Below, one piece after another: positions 18,335 through 27,823 of a DNA stretch of 64,000 bases (the first letter of the stretch is position 1; each line of letters begins with the position of its first letter). Made by a program: the position numbers and the translations under genes. The notes below the pieces were generated by a model. It saw only the letters and a program-made list of their open reading frames with translations. It was not told where the DNA came from and did not search any database. The stretch lies in NCBI GenBank assembly GCA_964635675.1, contig CAZWPT010000045.1, forward strand, positions 79,691-143,690, in the 5' to 3' direction. The DNA is from an uncultured Nitrososphaerota archaeon. Its GTDB lineage: Archaea; Thermoproteota; EX4484-205; JAAOZP01.

Positions 18335-19318
18335 GTGAAACCGGTGAAAAACATGAAGCATGTGCGAGTAGCTTCAGTATCTTTTAAAGGAGCCAGGAGA
18401 GCGACGGTTGATGAAACAATAGAGAACAATGTGAAGGAAATACTGTTCATCCTTAGGAAAGCACTTTTAGACGAGCCTGACATAATTTGTCTCCCTGAAT
18501 GCTCGCCATTTCTAGGGTTAAGCATGCAAGAAATGGTGGAGAAAGCAGAGGAAATCCCGGGAACTATTTTTAATAAGATAGCTTCCTTCGCTAAGGAGAA
18601 TAGAGTCTATACGATTTTCCCAACCATGAGGAGGGATGGCGATAAGATTTACAATTCTGCAGTCTTGATAAGTAGGGATGGGGAGTATGTTGGAATCTAT
18701 GATAAGGTTCACCCTACAATATGGGAGATTGAGGCCGGTGTTAAGCCCGGGTTTGAGCCTAGGCCGTTTGAATTAGAGTTCGGGAAAATCGGAGTAGCGA
18801 TATGTTTCGACCTAAATTTTGAAGACGTCATTAAGGGTTTGACGAGAAACAGGGTTAAAGCCGTGTTCTTCCCATCCATGTATCCTGGAGGATTACAGTT
18901 GAAGATATGGGCTTTCAACAATAGTGTCTACATGGTGTCCTCGATAGCGGACGATGAGGGAAGCATGATCGTAAACCCTCTGGGCAGGATTCTGGCTGTT
19001 TCAAACAGCTATCAGCCGGTTATATGCCGCACCATAAACCTTGATTACGATGTTCTACACTTAGACTATAATTTTGAAAAAATCGACATGATTAAGGAAA
19101 AATACGGCTCTAAAGTCAGTTTCGAAGTGTCTAGACCGGAGGCAGTATTCCTAATGTCTTCGGAAGTTGGAGGGATTACTGTGAGCAACATTATTGAGGA
19201 GTTTGGGTTGGAAACAAGGGAGGAATATTTCAAGCGGGCTTCTGCGGCTAGAGAAGCAGCACTGAGAAAACAGCCTAGGCTTTTTAACGGATTACCGTTT
19301 GATGAGGGAAAGGCTTAA
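18335..19318 (+). CDS. Carbon-nitrogen hydrolase (nitrilase superfamily)
   Basis: E-K-C triad motifs CLPE, YDKVHP and AICFDL. ATG 18353 with a GGTGA SD is the likely start. Confidence 0.88.
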   Translation: MKPVKNMKHVRVASVSFKGARRATVDETIENNVKEILFILRKALLDEPDIICLPECSPFLGLSMQEMVEKAEEIPGTIFNKIASFAKENRVYTIFPTMRRDGDKIYNSAVLISRDGEYVGIYDKVHPTIWEIEAGVKPGFEPRPFELEFGKIGVAICFDLNFEDVIKGLTRNRVKAVFFPSMYPGGLQLKIWAFNNSVYMVSSIADDEGSMIVNPLGRILAVSNSYQPVICRTINLDYDVLHLDYNFEKIDMIKEKYGSKVSFEVSRPEAVFLMSSEVGGITVSNIIEEFGLETREEYFKRASAAREAALRKQPRLFNGLPFDEGKA

Positions 19319-19345
19319 AGACAACGAGGAGCTTACGGGTGAATC

Positions 19346-20701
19346 ATGAGTAAGGATTCCGATATCCGCCCGGTTGAAATCAATTTTGAATACAGGAGCT
19401 TCAGGCTGAGAGCTCCTTTGAAATTCGGGAGCGTCGTGGTGGAGGAGTCTACTTCGCTTCTCGTCACTACTGTCGTGAAAAATAGGAATGGAGATGAGTC
19501 TGAAGGCTTGGGCTCCATGCCGCTTGCATGCGAATGGGCGTTTCCAAGCCACGTGGAGACCCATGAGAATAAGCTTGAAGCCATGAAGCTTGTTGCAGAA
19601 CGCTATGGGAAACTTCTGGTGGAAGAGGCGGGAGATAAATACATGCATCCCGTAGACTGGTTTATAAAGTATGAGGATGAAATACCCAGGATTACGAGAA
19701 GAGTTTCCTCAGAGCTGAGACTTAAAGAGGAGCTCCCCATATTAGCCTCTTTAGTAGCAGTCTCCCCAATAGATGCTTCAATGCATGACGGCTTCGGAAA
19801 GGTTAATGAAATATGTAGCTATGACGGGTATGGGCCTAAATACGTTGACCACGACCTGAGTTTCTACCTTGGGGAAAAATTCAAAGGCAAGTATATAGCT
19901 GACTACATTAAGCCAGAATATTCCTCAGAAATCCCGGTATTCCACTTGGTCGGTGGTCTGGATAAACTGAGGAGTGAAAAAGATTCGGATGAGTCTGACG
20001 GTTTGCCGGCGAGTTTAGAGGAATGGATCGAGAAGGAGGGAGTTTTTTGTTTCAAAATCAAGCTTAAAGGCAACGATGTAGAATGGGATGTGAAAAGAAC
20101 TAAAGACGTGGCTGAAACCGTTGCGGAAACGCTGGGAAAGAAAGGCATGAAGAATTTTTACTTGTCTGTCGATTCTAACGAGATGCACCCGTCTCCAGAA
20201 GCTGTTTTAGAATACCTGCGAAAAGTTAGGAAAGTGGCTCCTGAAGCCTTTGAGAAGATCCTTTACGTTGAGCAACCAGTTAGCAGAGACCTAGCGTCGC
20301 ACATGTTTAACATGAGGAAGGTGGCTGAGGTTAAGCCTGTTTTAGCGGACGAGAGCATTACTGACTTGGAGAGTTTCGACTTGGCTATGAGGCTAGGCTG
20401 GTCCGGGGTAGCTTTGAAAACATGCAAGTGTCACAGCTCGATTCTCCTCCTTGTGTCTAAGGCAGAGGAGCTTGGAGTGCCTTACAGCATACAGGACCTG
20501 ACGTGCCCCGGGTTATCACTCGTCCATTCCGCAGGATTCGCTGCGAGGACAAACCCGATACTTGGGGTCGAGTATAATGCTAGGCAATACCTGCCTTCCG
20601 CCTTTAAAAAGGTTCAGGAGAGGTTCCCTGAAATATTTAACGTTAGACAGGGGAAAATAAGGACCGGGTGTCTTAACCAGACAATAGGCCTTGGTTTTTA
20701 G
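19346..20701 (+). CDS. Enolase-superfamily (mandelate racemase/muconate-lactonizing-like) enzyme
   Basis: FKIKLKG (KxK); metal ligands in VDSNE, YVEQP and LADES; ALKTCK. Confidence 0.85.
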   Translation: MSKDSDIRPVEINFEYRSFRLRAPLKFGSVVVEESTSLLVTTVVKNRNGDESEGLGSMPLACEWAFPSHVETHENKLEAMKLVAERYGKLLVEEAGDKYMHPVDWFIKYEDEIPRITRRVSSELRLKEELPILASLVAVSPIDASMHDGFGKVNEICSYDGYGPKYVDHDLSFYLGEKFKGKYIADYIKPEYSSEIPVFHLVGGLDKLRSEKDSDESDGLPASLEEWIEKEGVFCFKIKLKGNDVEWDVKRTKDVAETVAETLGKKGMKNFYLSVDSNEMHPSPEAVLEYLRKVRKVAPEAFEKILYVEQPVSRDLASHMFNMRKVAEVKPVLADESITDLESFDLAMRLGWSGVALKTCKCHSSILLLVSKAEELGVPYSIQDLTCPGLSLVHSAGFAARTNPILGVEYNARQYLPSAFKKVQERFPEIFNVRQGKIRTGCLNQTIGLGF

Positions 20702-20725
20702 CCTTTAAACGGAGGAGGAGCAATT

Positions 20726-21529
20726 TTGCAACTAGTGTTGTTTTCAAAAATGTTTCAAGCCCTCTCCTTAAAGGAGTTCGCAGAAATAGCTGCAGAAACA
20801 GGTTTTGAAGGCGTGGACCTTACAGTCAGGTCTAACGGTTACATAAAGCCCCATGAGGCCGAGGAAAAACTTCCCTGGGCTGTTGGAGTATTCGAGTCAG
20901 AAGGCCTGAAGGTGCCGATGATAACGACTGAAATAACTAGTGTCAACCAGCCTTATGCTGAGGATGTTTTCAAGGCTGCTTCCGAAAACGGGGTGAAATA
21001 CTTGAAGCTGGGTTATTGGCAGTACAGGGGTTTCGGCTTTCTGCGGAGGCAAGTGGCGGAAATACGTGGGGAGCTTAGAAAGATTCAGGAGTTAAGCAGG
21101 AGGTACCAGGTGACTTCAGCAGTGCATATTCATTCAGGCATGTTCATGTGTGCAGAGCCAACAGTCGTATGGCTGATTCTGAAAGGGTTTAACCCAGATC
21201 TCGTTGGCGCCTATGTTGACCCTGGCCATATGGCTGTGGAGGGAGGGTTAGCAGGATGGCTAATGGGCATGGATATTTTAAGTAGAAAGATAAGAATGGT
21301 TTCCGTAAAGGATTACGGCTGGTTTAGAGAAGAAGGAGAATGGCGGGTGAGAACAGTCCCGCTGGGGGAAGGACTGGTTCCGTGGAGAAAGGTTTTCGAA
21401 ATACTTGGGAAAACGGGTTTCAATGGCCCGGTATCTGTACACAGTGAATACGACTTGCCGCTGGCCGAGATCCTGAAGCAAACCCAGAAGGATGTTAAGT
21501 ATTTGAAAAACATTTTAAGTCCGCTCTAG
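20726..21529 (+). CDS. Sugar phosphate isomerase/epimerase (xylose-isomerase-like TIM barrel)
   Basis: GFEGVDL, DPGH, VKD, VPLGEGLVPW and GFNGPVSVHSEY. Confidence 0.85.
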   Translation: MQLVLFSKMFQALSLKEFAEIAAETGFEGVDLTVRSNGYIKPHEAEEKLPWAVGVFESEGLKVPMITTEITSVNQPYAEDVFKAASENGVKYLKLGYWQYRGFGFLRRQVAEIRGELRKIQELSRRYQVTSAVHIHSGMFMCAEPTVVWLILKGFNPDLVGAYVDPGHMAVEGGLAGWLMGMDILSRKIRMVSVKDYGWFREEGEWRVRTVPLGEGLVPWRKVFEILGKTGFNGPVSVHSEYDLPLAEILKQTQKDVKYLKNILSPL

Positions 21530-21609
21530 AAGGCTTTAAAACCTGCTTCAAGCATGTCAAGTTTCTAAGCGGCAGTAAACCTTTAAACTCTACTGCTCAC
21601 TGTTTTCAC

Positions 21610-22221
21610 GTGAATGCTACAATCAGAAGGCTGAGGAGGATTAAGACATACTCTGAAGAGCTAGGCTTGGATTTGAATAAGCCTGAGGACCGTTTCAAAT
21701 GGTTTCTAGCCTCAATGCTATTCGCTAAAAGAATATCGTCGAAAATTGCTAAGAAGACTTTCAAAAGGCTTCAGGAAGAGGGTCTCGTAACTCCGGAGGC
21801 AATACTCAAAGCAGGATGGGACAAGCTGGTGGAGGTTCTCGACTCAGGAGGATACGTCAGGTATGATTTTTCAACCGCCACGAACCTGCTGGATGCTTCG
21901 AAAAAACTTTTGGAAGAATTCGGAAGCATAGACGAGGTTCATCACAGAGCCAAATCATCTAGACACCTGGGGGAACTGCTAGCCGGTTTCCGGGGAGTCG
22001 GCCCGGTGGGGGTCAATATTTTTCTCAGGGAACTGAGAGGAATCTGGAGTAAAGCGGATCCTGAGCCTTCTAAACTTGCTGTTGAAACCGCTCGGAGACT
22101 CGGAGTAAAGAGGATTAGAGAAGTAGAGTCTCAACTCGTTAGGCTTAACTTAGAATACTGTAAGAAAAAGGCCTGTGAAGCTTGCCCTGTAAGCAGAACA
22201 TGCCTTAAATCCTCTGAATAA
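21610..22221 (+). CDS. HhH-GPD superfamily DNA glycosylase-like protein with C-terminal Fe-S motif
   Basis: FKWFLAS, GYVRYD, HhH FRGVGPVG and C-terminal CKKKACEACPVSRTC. Confidence 0.8.
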   Translation: MNATIRRLRRIKTYSEELGLDLNKPEDRFKWFLASMLFAKRISSKIAKKTFKRLQEEGLVTPEAILKAGWDKLVEVLDSGGYVRYDFSTATNLLDASKKLLEEFGSIDEVHHRAKSSRHLGELLAGFRGVGPVGVNIFLRELRGIWSKADPEPSKLAVETARRLGVKRIREVESQLVRLNLEYCKKKACEACPVSRTCLKSSE

Positions 22222-22303
22222 TGTTTTTCAAGTATTTAAAGCGTTTACATAGTTTTAAGAAACATTTTTACAGGATCTGGGCTTAGCAAGGGATAACCTT
22301 TAT

Positions 22304-23755
22304 ATGGAGGAATGTGGAATAACACCTAAGATGAGAGAGTTAAGCAGTTTGGATAAGCAGAAACAAGTCGCGTTCTGTCTAATCCTTCTGATAATTCTGT
22401 CGCTAACCGGAAACCAACCAATAGCGTCCTATGCTCAGGAATCCGAGTATGAGAGGGTGGCAATCCTGCTGAACAACGTTAAATCAGCCAAGTATCGTTT
22501 CTCAGATGAAGAGGGAACCGTTGGAGCCATAGGTTTCCGAGTCCTTGGAGAGGAGACGGTAAGCGGAGAGAATACTTGGAAGGTTGAATGGGAGTATGAG
22601 GAGGAGGGTGAGACTCCTGAGACAATGCTCCTGTGGATCTCTAAATCGACTGGAAAATGCCTACAGGTTATGATTGACGAGGAAACCTTTACGGGACAAT
22701 ACGCTGAGATGTATGGCAACATAATGCTGTATGTTTGGGTTGCTTGGGTAGGCGCGTGGAGCGAAGCATGGAACTTCACCACAGTATACAGTTACGAGGA
22801 GCTCGGGTATGGAAGGCTGATTTACCTGGGATCCGAAATAGAAACATACGGTCCAAGCCGGCTTCTAGTCTACAAGTACAGGTGGGAAGGGTATGTGAAC
22901 GCACCGGAATCTTACCGTGGTGTTGCAGAATGGTGGTTCGCCCCCGTCAGCTTCGGCACCCTTATAGTTAAAATCTATTTTGAAACTCTCGATACTAAGG
23001 AATGGGATAAGATAGAGCTTTTATCAGTTGATCTGGTTAACCCTCAGCCAAGACCGAACATAGTGATTGACGCCCGGTTTGACAAGACGCAGCTAAAGCC
23101 GAGTGAGGAACTCACTATAACTATCACTGCTTCTAACACGGGGAACGCCATGGGCACTCATAACCTTACCTTAAGTGTAGGCGGAAAAGTCGAGAAAAGT
23201 TGGCTGATTGTCCTGAAACCGGGTGAGAGCAAGAGTCTAAGCCATAAACTATCCTTCGCTGCAGACGGCTCGTATTCAGTGAGGATCGGCGATCAAACAG
23301 TTACTATAACTGTTTCAACAACCCTGCCGGCAAGGTTTGAGGCTAGCGGCCTTAACATAAGCCCGAGTTCAGTTAAGGTCGGCCAGTCGTCGACAATCTC
23401 CGTCACGGTTAAGAACACTGGCGGCGAATCGGGTACGTACGAGGTTACGCTGAAGGTTAACAATCAGGTTGTCGAAACAAAGAGGGGTACCCTGGACTCA
23501 GGCCAGTCAACCACTGTGAGCTTCGCATACACGCCGACTAGCGAGGGAACGTATAATATTGACGTGAACGGCTTAACTGGAAGCCTGACCGTTAGCAAGG
23601 AGGAGGGGGGTGGAGCAGCCCCAGAAACTCCCTGGCTCATGATAATAGGGGCTATTGTAGCAGTGGTCGTCCTAGTCTTGGTGTTGCTGCTTTTAAGGAG
23701 AAAGCCTAAAGCAGAGTTTCCACCACCCCCGCCTCCGCCGCCTCCACCCAGATAA
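22304..23755 (+). CDS. Cell-surface protein with two CARDB/Ig-like domains, TM anchor and 10-Pro tail
   Basis: Signal peptide; two ITASNTG/VTVKNTG CARDB-type repeats; TM helix, RRK and P10. Confidence 0.8.
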   Translation: MEECGITPKMRELSSLDKQKQVAFCLILLIILSLTGNQPIASYAQESEYERVAILLNNVKSAKYRFSDEEGTVGAIGFRVLGEETVSGENTWKVEWEYEEEGETPETMLLWISKSTGKCLQVMIDEETFTGQYAEMYGNIMLYVWVAWVGAWSEAWNFTTVYSYEELGYGRLIYLGSEIETYGPSRLLVYKYRWEGYVNAPESYRGVAEWWFAPVSFGTLIVKIYFETLDTKEWDKIELLSVDLVNPQPRPNIVIDARFDKTQLKPSEELTITITASNTGNAMGTHNLTLSVGGKVEKSWLIVLKPGESKSLSHKLSFAADGSYSVRIGDQTVTITVSTTLPARFEASGLNISPSSVKVGQSSTISVTVKNTGGESGTYEVTLKVNNQVVETKRGTLDSGQSTTVSFAYTPTSEGTYNIDVNGLTGSLTVSKEEGGGAAPETPWLMIIGAIVAVVVLVLVLLLLRRKPKAEFPPPPPPPPPPR

Positions 23756-23788
23756 TAAGTACCCCTTTTCTTTTTAATTCCTTTAGGC

Positions 23789-24367
23789 ATGTTGCTAAAA
23801 CTTTTATTCATCCTTTGCGAAGGCAGGTTGGTGGAGAAGATGGATTTCTACGAGGTAGTGAGAACCAGGAGAAGCATAAGGTCTTACAAGCCTGACCCTA
23901 TACCGGACGACGTTTTAACCAGGGTTATGGAGGCTGCGAGAATAGCCCCTTCAGGTTCAAACCGTCAGCCTTGGAGGTTCATAGTGGTGAGGAACGAGGC
24001 TTTGAAGAGGAGGCTTGTACCAGCATGCGGCAACCAGGTTTTCATAGCTGAGGCCCCGGTGGTTATTGTTGCGTGCGGCCGCGACATAGGGTGGAACAGG
24101 GGAGGCTACATGGGTTCCATGAGCATGCTTGTAGACGTTTCAATAGCTTTCACACACCTCATCCTCGCAGCCAGGGCTGAGGGTCTTGGAACATGCTGGA
24201 TAGGCTCATTCGACAACGCGAAGGTTAAAGAAATCCTTGGAATACCTGAGGAGTATAACGTTGTCGCCATAACACCGCTTGGGTATCCTGCCGGCGAGGA
24301 GTTTAGAGAACCAGATGCTAGGAAGCCTTTGAGCGAAATAGTTTCTTTCGACGGCTTTAAACAGTAG
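23789..24367 (+). CDS. Nitroreductase family protein
   Basis: RRSIRSY, APSGSNRQPW, GLGTCWIG and LGYP. Likely start ATG 23840. Confidence 0.92.
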   Translation: MLLKLLFILCEGRLVEKMDFYEVVRTRRSIRSYKPDPIPDDVLTRVMEAARIAPSGSNRQPWRFIVVRNEALKRRLVPACGNQVFIAEAPVVIVACGRDIGWNRGGYMGSMSMLVDVSIAFTHLILAARAEGLGTCWIGSFDNAKVKEILGIPEEYNVVAITPLGYPAGEEFREPDARKPLSEIVSFDGFKQ

Positions 24368-24494
24368 CAGAAGGTTGGTCAAGACAGTGTCCGTCACACG
24401 TATGGTTTAAGCTAAGACTAGCGTTATCGGCTGGCTTTAAAACAATTAAACCAGGCTATGTTTAAAAAGGCCCTCTTCAGCTGAACATTGTCAG

Positions 24495-25715
24495 ATGCGC
24501 TTACGCCTGCCGAGCATGGTTGAAGTCCAGTTCCCATTCGTTCTAATCAGGACTAGAATCGGGCTGACACTAATGGATAGAATTGGGGAAACCCGGTTCT
24601 CCAAGAGAATGGGGCTTATCTCCCTAGTGGTAATGCCGTTCCTAGGAGCGGTAATGGTTTACCTGCTGCTTAATGCGATAAACAATATGCTGAGCAACCC
24701 CAGCGTTAGCAGAGTTTTAAGGGAGCTCGGACCCGCTGCCAACATTCTTCTACCAGGCGTAAACCCATACCTGCCTGTTTTCTACGGTTGGGTGGCGCTG
24801 CTCATAGCCATGGTAATTCACGAGTATGCGCATGGGACTCAGGCTAGGGCTAACGGCATGAGTGTAAAGTCTACCGGCTTAGTCCTGTTTCTAGTAATAC
24901 CTGTCGGCGCTTTCGCAGAGGTTGATGAGAAGCAGCTTGAGGAAGCTGGGCTTGAGAAAGCTGGTAGAATCCTATCCTCAGGCCCCGTTTCCAACGTCAT
25001 CGCTGCTTTAGCCGCGCTAGCCGTTTTCATACTTCTAATGCTCACTTTGAAGCCGGTGGTCAACGGGGTTCTCGTAGTTGGAATCTCCATAAACGGGTCG
25101 GCTTACCAAAAAGGAGTGAGGCCTGGCGACATAATAATAGGTGTGGACGGTGAGCCGACGCCCGACTGGAATAGTTTTGTCAGAGCTGTTGAGAACGTTT
25201 ACAAGCAGGGGGGAAACGTAACATTCAGGGTTTCACGGAACGGTTTTCCAAACTATACGTTCACGATAGGGAGCAACCTTAGCTCCAGCGGAATACTTAG
25301 CTTGGTTCCGCTTAAAGATGTTCTCAAGAACTATTCCCTAGCCTTTGCACGCTCGCCTCTTGAAGGCCTCGTAACATACCTTATGATACCTACAGTACCC
25401 TTTCCATGGGTTTACGAGACAATACCGTTTTCAAGCCTTCTTCAAAAATACTATGTCTCAACAATTCTAGGTGAGGATTATCATTATCCTGTGAACCTTT
25501 TTTTCTGGGTCTGGTTTGTAAACCTGAACCTCGGGGTTTTTAACGCTCTCCCTCTTTATCCAATGGACGGCGGGGTCTTCTTCAAGCTGTTCTGCAGGAA
25601 AAAGCTTGGCGGCAGAGTGAGCATTGGGACTGTTGATAAAATGGTTTACGCTGTAAGCCTAGCCCTATTAGGACTTATAATAGGAATGATAATTTTGCCC
25701 TACGTATTCGGATGA
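24495..25715 (+). CDS. Site-2 protease (M50) with PDZ domain
   Basis: HEYAH, GAFAE, SGPVSN, PDZ GVRPGDIIIGVDG and NALPLYPMDGG. Confidence 0.92.
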   Translation: MRLRLPSMVEVQFPFVLIRTRIGLTLMDRIGETRFSKRMGLISLVVMPFLGAVMVYLLLNAINNMLSNPSVSRVLRELGPAANILLPGVNPYLPVFYGWVALLIAMVIHEYAHGTQARANGMSVKSTGLVLFLVIPVGAFAEVDEKQLEEAGLEKAGRILSSGPVSNVIAALAALAVFILLMLTLKPVVNGVLVVGISINGSAYQKGVRPGDIIIGVDGEPTPDWNSFVRAVENVYKQGGNVTFRVSRNGFPNYTFTIGSNLSSSGILSLVPLKDVLKNYSLAFARSPLEGLVTYLMIPTVPFPWVYETIPFSSLLQKYYVSTILGEDYHYPVNLFFWVWFVNLNLGVFNALPLYPMDGGVFFKLFCRKKLGGRVSIGTVDKMVYAVSLALLGLIIGMIILPYVFG

Positions 25716-25793
25716 ATCATCCTGAAACATTCAGGAGTTAGCGCGCTAAAGCTTTGAAAAGAGAAACAGATAGGCATCTCAGGCTGAGCGGCT

Positions 25794-26972
25794 TTACGAC
25801 GAGCCTGGGCTTACGCTTCTGATTTTCCTAGACTCGCGGTAGATATGGATGGATAGTGTCAAAGGTATGATCGCGATCATGTTTAAAGCCAGTATTGCGG
25901 TTGCGAAGCCGAATTCCTGCCCGATTAGGCTGACGGCTAGAGTGGATGGTGACGAGGAGATGAAGCTTAGGAAAAACCAGATGCTGTAAGCGTGGGTTCT
26001 CAACTCCTCCACGCTCTTCTTCCCTAAAAGAGAGTTTGCAGCAGGCTGGTGAGAGTAGAAAGCTAACCCGAGCAGAGCGGTGGCAAGCATAACTAGAATA
26101 CTGCTGGAGGCTGTTTGAAGCAGTATGAGCGAAGCCAATTCTAATACTGATGCTGACAGGAGGACCGTGGCCTCGTTCAGCCTGTCTCCCATTAGCCCGC
26201 CTAAGTATTGGCCGAACGCGCCTGCAAACAGCAGTATTGAGAGGGCGACGCTACCGGCTTCCCCGCTAAAACCCTTCTCCGAATTCAAGTAAGTCGGCAG
26301 GAATACTTCTATCCCCCTATAGTAGAGCCCGAAGAGAAGCGAGAAGCATATTAGGAGGAGGAGTGGCCTTTGCGAAACAACCTTAATGAACCCACGTATG
26401 ACACCCGGTGTTTCAAAAACATTTTTCTCAACACGTGGTGTTGCGAGATACGGGACTGACGAGAGGGAAACCATGAAACCGGTTAGGATGAGCGCCGACC
26501 TCCAGCCGAGGTTGACTGCCATCAGGAAAGACATTAATGGGAACACGAATTGAGCCAGGTTCCCGCCGGTGCCGTGCAGCCCCATCGCGAAATTAACGTT
26601 TTTCCTAAACCTGTTGAATATGAAGATATTCGAAACAGGGTGGTAAAGGCTGGCGGACACTCCTGAGAAGAGTATGAAGAGGCCTAGGCCCGTTAAACCA
26701 GGCAGGAGCAGGAATAGTGTCGACGAGCCCTGGAGCATGAGGGATGTGAACAGGATTTTCCTGTCTTCCATGCGCCTTAGAATGGGTGCTGAGAGTAGTG
26801 CGCCGAAGCTGTAGAGAAGAAGGTAGATGGATAAGAGTAGGCCTATGCTAAGGTAGTCGTATCCTTCAGAAACGATCATCGGGATTAAAGGCGTTATTGA
26901 TGTGAATAAACCATGGTTTAAAGAATGCGTCCACCCCATGTAGATGAGCACTCGTAGCCGTCTAAGCTCCAT
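25794..26972 (-). CDS. MFS transporter (Fsr-like)
   Basis: About 12 TM segments; HSLNH, LYHP, GLHGTGGN and GGLMGDR. Confidence 0.88.
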   Translation of the reverse strand: MELRRLRVLIYMGWTHSLNHGLFTSITPLIPMIVSEGYDYLSIGLLLSIYLLLYSFGALLSAPILRRMEDRKILFTSLMLQGSSTLFLLLPGLTGLGLFILFSGVSASLYHPVSNIFIFNRFRKNVNFAMGLHGTGGNLAQFVFPLMSFLMAVNLGWRSALILTGFMVSLSSVPYLATPRVEKNVFETPGVIRGFIKVVSQRPLLLLICFSLLFGLYYRGIEVFLPTYLNSEKGFSGEAGSVALSILLFAGAFGQYLGGLMGDRLNEATVLLSASVLELASLILLQTASSSILVMLATALLGLAFYSHQPAANSLLGKKSVEELRTHAYSIWFFLSFISSSPSTLAVSLIGQEFGFATAILALNMIAIIPLTLSIHIYRESRKIRSVSPGSS

Positions 26973-27040
26973 GTTTCCGAATGTCTTTCACCGGATTGTT
27001 AAAAACTTAAAAATTCTATTCTTCTCTCAGAACTTAAGTC

Positions 27041-27823
27041 TTGCTCCAGGCGCGTGACGAATGCTTAGGAAACGGGGTTCTGCTGAATATTGAGGATCTC
27101 TGGAAGAGCTATGGGGAAACAGTAGGCGTAGCAGGCTTATTTATGAAGGTTAACTCCGGGAGTATTCATGGCCTAATAGGTCCAAACGGGGCCGGTAAGA
27201 CAACCACCGTGAAATGCGTAGTCGGCCTTCTCAAGCCGGACAAGGGGAGGATAATGGTCATGGGCAGGGATGTTAAAAGCGACGAGGGCTTCAAAAGGCT
27301 CATCGGATACTTGCCTGAAACCCCGTCTCTCCCAGACTATCTTACCCCCAGGGAGTTTCTAGGGTATGTCGCGAGAATCAGAGGGGTTGAACCCGGGGAG
27401 GAGACTAGAAGAAGGGTTCATGAGTTTCTAAGCATGTTTGAGCTTAACGATTGTGAAAACAGGTTTATCCTCGAGCTTTCAAAAGGCCTGAAGCAGAGGC
27501 TCGCCTTAGCAACAGTATTCATTCACCAGCCTAAGCTGATAATAATGGACGAGCCTTTCATCGGCCTAGACCCCGAGGGCCAGCGCCTCGTGAAAAACCT
27601 TGTTAAAGACATTGTTGGCGAGGGTGGAGCCGCGCTCGTGTGCACGCACATGCTCGACATGGCTGAAAGATTCTGCACCAGCGCCACAATAATAAACAAG
27701 GGTAGAAGCATAGCTGAAGGCTCTATAGACGCGCTTAAGAGAATCGTGGGGCTAGAATCCTCAGGGACGCTGGAGGAAGCCTTCTTCAGAATAGTTGGGG
27801 GGACGAGGGGTGGAGGGCTCTAG
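27041..27823 (+). CDS. ABC-2-type exporter ATP-binding protein
   Basis: GPNGAGKTT, GYLPE, LSKGLKQR, MDEPFIGLDP and THML. Confidence 0.92.
   Translation: MLQARDECLGNGVLLNIEDLWKSYGETVGVAGLFMKVNSGSIHGLIGPNGAGKTTTVKCVVGLLKPDKGRIMVMGRDVKSDEGFKRLIGYLPETPSLPDYLTPREFLGYVARIRGVEPGEETRRRVHEFLSMFELNDCENRFILELSKGLKQRLALATVFIHQPKLIIMDEPFIGLDPEGQRLVKNLVKDIVGEGGAALVCTHMLDMAERFCTSATIINKGRSIAEGSIDALKRIVGLESSGTLEEAFFRIVGGTRGGGL

Noticed and set aside
25720..25736. Hairpin TCCTGAA-ACA-TTCAGGA between convergent genes
   Set aside because: A 7-bp stem with no T-tract; could be chance.
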